A DNA stretch of 63,794 nucleotides, the filler included, from an uncultured Methanoregulaceae archaeon (GTDB taxonomy: Archaea; Halobacteriota; Methanomicrobia; Methanomicrobiales; Methanospirillaceae): assembly GCA_964530035.1 (NCBI GenBank). It is 3 parts of 3 records of this genome, joined end to end, with 100 filler letters (N's around TTAATTAATTAA, not from the genome) between each part and the next. Parts side by side here need not be neighbours in the genome. Positions count along the whole stretch, not along the records: positions 42,734 to 63,794 come from CAZGXZ010000022.1; 2 more parts are not named here. One strand, written 5' to 3'. A program made the translations under genes and the position numbers. The stretch's first letter is position 1. Each line of letters begins with the position of its first letter. The notes beneath the pieces are model-generated. The model worked only from the letters and a program-made list of their open reading frames with translations. It searched no databases and was not told the origin of the DNA. Below, piece after piece: positions 62,477 to 63,794 of the stretch.

Positions 62477-63794
62477 ATGAGTGAAACAAAATCGCAGTTA
62501 AAGTACGTTGCAACCACATGCCCGTACTGTGGTGTTGGTTGTAGCCTCAACCTCGTCGTTAATGAGGGAAAACTTGTTGGGGTAGAACCGAACAAGCGGT
62601 CTCCGATCAACGAAGGCAAGCTCTGTCCGAAAGGCATGACCTGCTGGGAACATGTCCACAGCCCCGAAAGGCTGACGACACCGAAGATCAAAAAGAACGG
62701 CAAATTCGTGGACGCTTCCTGGGATGAGGCTATTGACCTGATTGCAAAAAAGTTCAAGGAGATCTCCGACAAGTACGGCCCCAGGGCCCTTGGATTCCAG
62801 ACATCATGCCGTACAGTGAATGAAGACTGCTATGCACTGCAGAAGTTAGCCCGTGTCGGGTTCCAGACTAATAACGTTGACAACTGTGCCCGTATTTGTC
62901 ATGGACCGTCGGTCGCAGGCCTCTCACTCTCGTTTGGTTCCGGTGCTGCTACCAACCCGTTCGAAGACGTCCTGAACTCCGACCTCATCGTCATGTGGGG
63001 CTCGAACGCAGTCGAAGCCCATCCCCTGGCCGGACGCCGGGTCATGCAGGCCAAGAAGAAGGGAATCCCAATCATCGTCGTTGACCCCAGGTACAGCGCA
63101 ACCGCACGGCTTGCTGACAAGTACATCCGTTTCAACCCTTCGACCCACATCGCGCTGGCCAACTCCATGATGTACTGGATCATCAAGGAAGGACTTGAGG
63201 ACAAGGAGTTTATCAAGAACAGGACGAAAGGTTTTGACGACCTGAAAAAGACCGTGGAAAAGTATGCCGATGCCGAGAAGATCCATGGTGTCCCGCTCGA
63301 GACGGTCAAGGATTTTGCCAGGAAGTATGCCACTGCAAAGAATGCGGTCATCATCTACTGCCTTGGCATAACCGAGTTGACAACCGGTACGGACAATGTC
63401 CGTTCGATGGGGAACCTTGCCCTGCTCACCGGCAACGTCGGCCGGGAAGGTGTTGGTGTCAACCCGCTCCGTGGCCAGAACAACGTGCAGGGTGCCTGTG
63501 ACATGGGTGCATACCCGAACGTATACTCCGGATACCAGGCGGTCGCAGTTCCTGAAAATCGTGCCAAGATGGAGAAATTGTGGGGCCTGAAGGAGGGTTC
63601 CCTGCCGGACTGGTACGGCGTGACCCTGACCGAGCAGATCAACCAGGCGGGGGATCCTATCAAGGCAATGTATTTCCTCGGACTGAACCCTGTCGTGTCC
63701 TATCCTGACTCGAACCATGTGATGAGGCAGCTGGATAAGCTCGACTTCTGCGTCTTCCAGGACATTTTCTGGACTGAGAGCTGCGAGTATGCCG
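62477..63794 (+). CDS. fdhA: Formate dehydrogenase alpha subunit, Cys form (runs off the window end; absent from the ORF track)
   Basis: ATG 62477: TTCPYCGVGC, GKLCPKG, NNVDNCARICHGPS, PLRGQNNVQG. Confidence 0.96.
   Translation, partial: MSETKSQLKYVATTCPYCGVGCSLNLVVNEGKLVGVEPNKRSPINEGKLCPKGMTCWEHVHSPERLTTPKIKKNGKFVDASWDEAIDLIAKKFKEISDKYGPRALGFQTSCRTVNEDCYALQKLARVGFQTNNVDNCARICHGPSVAGLSLSFGSGAATNPFEDVLNSDLIVMWGSNAVEAHPLAGRRVMQAKKKGIPIIVVDPRYSATARLADKYIRFNPSTHIALANSMMYWIIKEGLEDKEFIKNRTKGFDDLKKTVEKYADAEKIHGVPLETVKDFARKYATAKNAVIIYCLGITELTTGTDNVRSMGNLALLTGNVGREGVGVNPLRGQNNVQGACDMGAYPNVYSGYQAVAVPENRAKMEKLWGLKEGSLPDWYGVTLTEQINQAGDPIKAMYFLGLNPVVSYPDSNHVMRQLDKLDFCVFQDIFWTESCEYA

Noticed and set aside
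62880..62910. Possible selenocysteine in FdhA or FwdB
   Set aside because: Active-site codons are TGT (FdhA) and TGC (FwdB); no in-frame TGA at these sites
1..63794. CRISPR arrays, rRNA, inteins, intact integrases or transposases
   Set aside because: No regularly spaced repeats or rRNA-like stretch seen; infB, tfb and top6 are of normal length; only an IS5 fossil was found

Overview
Archaeal DNA from a hydrogenotrophic methanogen, most consistent with Methanomicrobiales (inferred from TFB, Fwd, Fdh and topoisomerase VI gene content and style). The window is three contigs joined by artificial 100-nt linkers (44 N + TTAATTAATTAA + 44 N, at 21448-21547 and 42634-42733). Three short internal N gaps split deaD, larB and mobB. 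Contig 1: core information-processing genes (tRNA-Ala, tfb, gar1, srp19, hypB, rps8e, rps6e, infB, tRNA-His), then an accessory stretch (DUF169, UDG-like, msrB, TauE, YeeE/YedE pair, decayed hydrogenase fragment, tRNA-Leu, DEAD helicase, PAS-MCP). Contig 2: pilus/T2SS-F gene, degenerate PAS kinase, flippase, top6AB, hisS, larB, nadM, cobQ, aIF-1, oapABC, five tandem CBS genes, deoxyhypusine synthase and a truncated tRNA-Ser. Contig 3: a molybdopterin-enzyme and sulfur cluster (moeA, mobB, fwdGDBAC, SagB-type nitroreductase, sulfite-reductase-like protein, IS5 fossil, triple DsrH/E/F-like fusion, SufS-FdhD, modABC, fdhA). The best candidate for an undescribed system is a single-chain DsrEFH-like persulfide relay beside SufS-FdhD and a siroheme protein, possibly supplying sulfur to Fdh/Fwd. 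Other leads are structured leaders on rps6e, rps8e and infB, a TTGTGA-N4-TCAC(A/T)A palindrome seen in two promoter regions, an apparent ACG start codon, and two unannotated pseudogene fossils. All protein family calls come from motif recognition by eye; no database searches were run.
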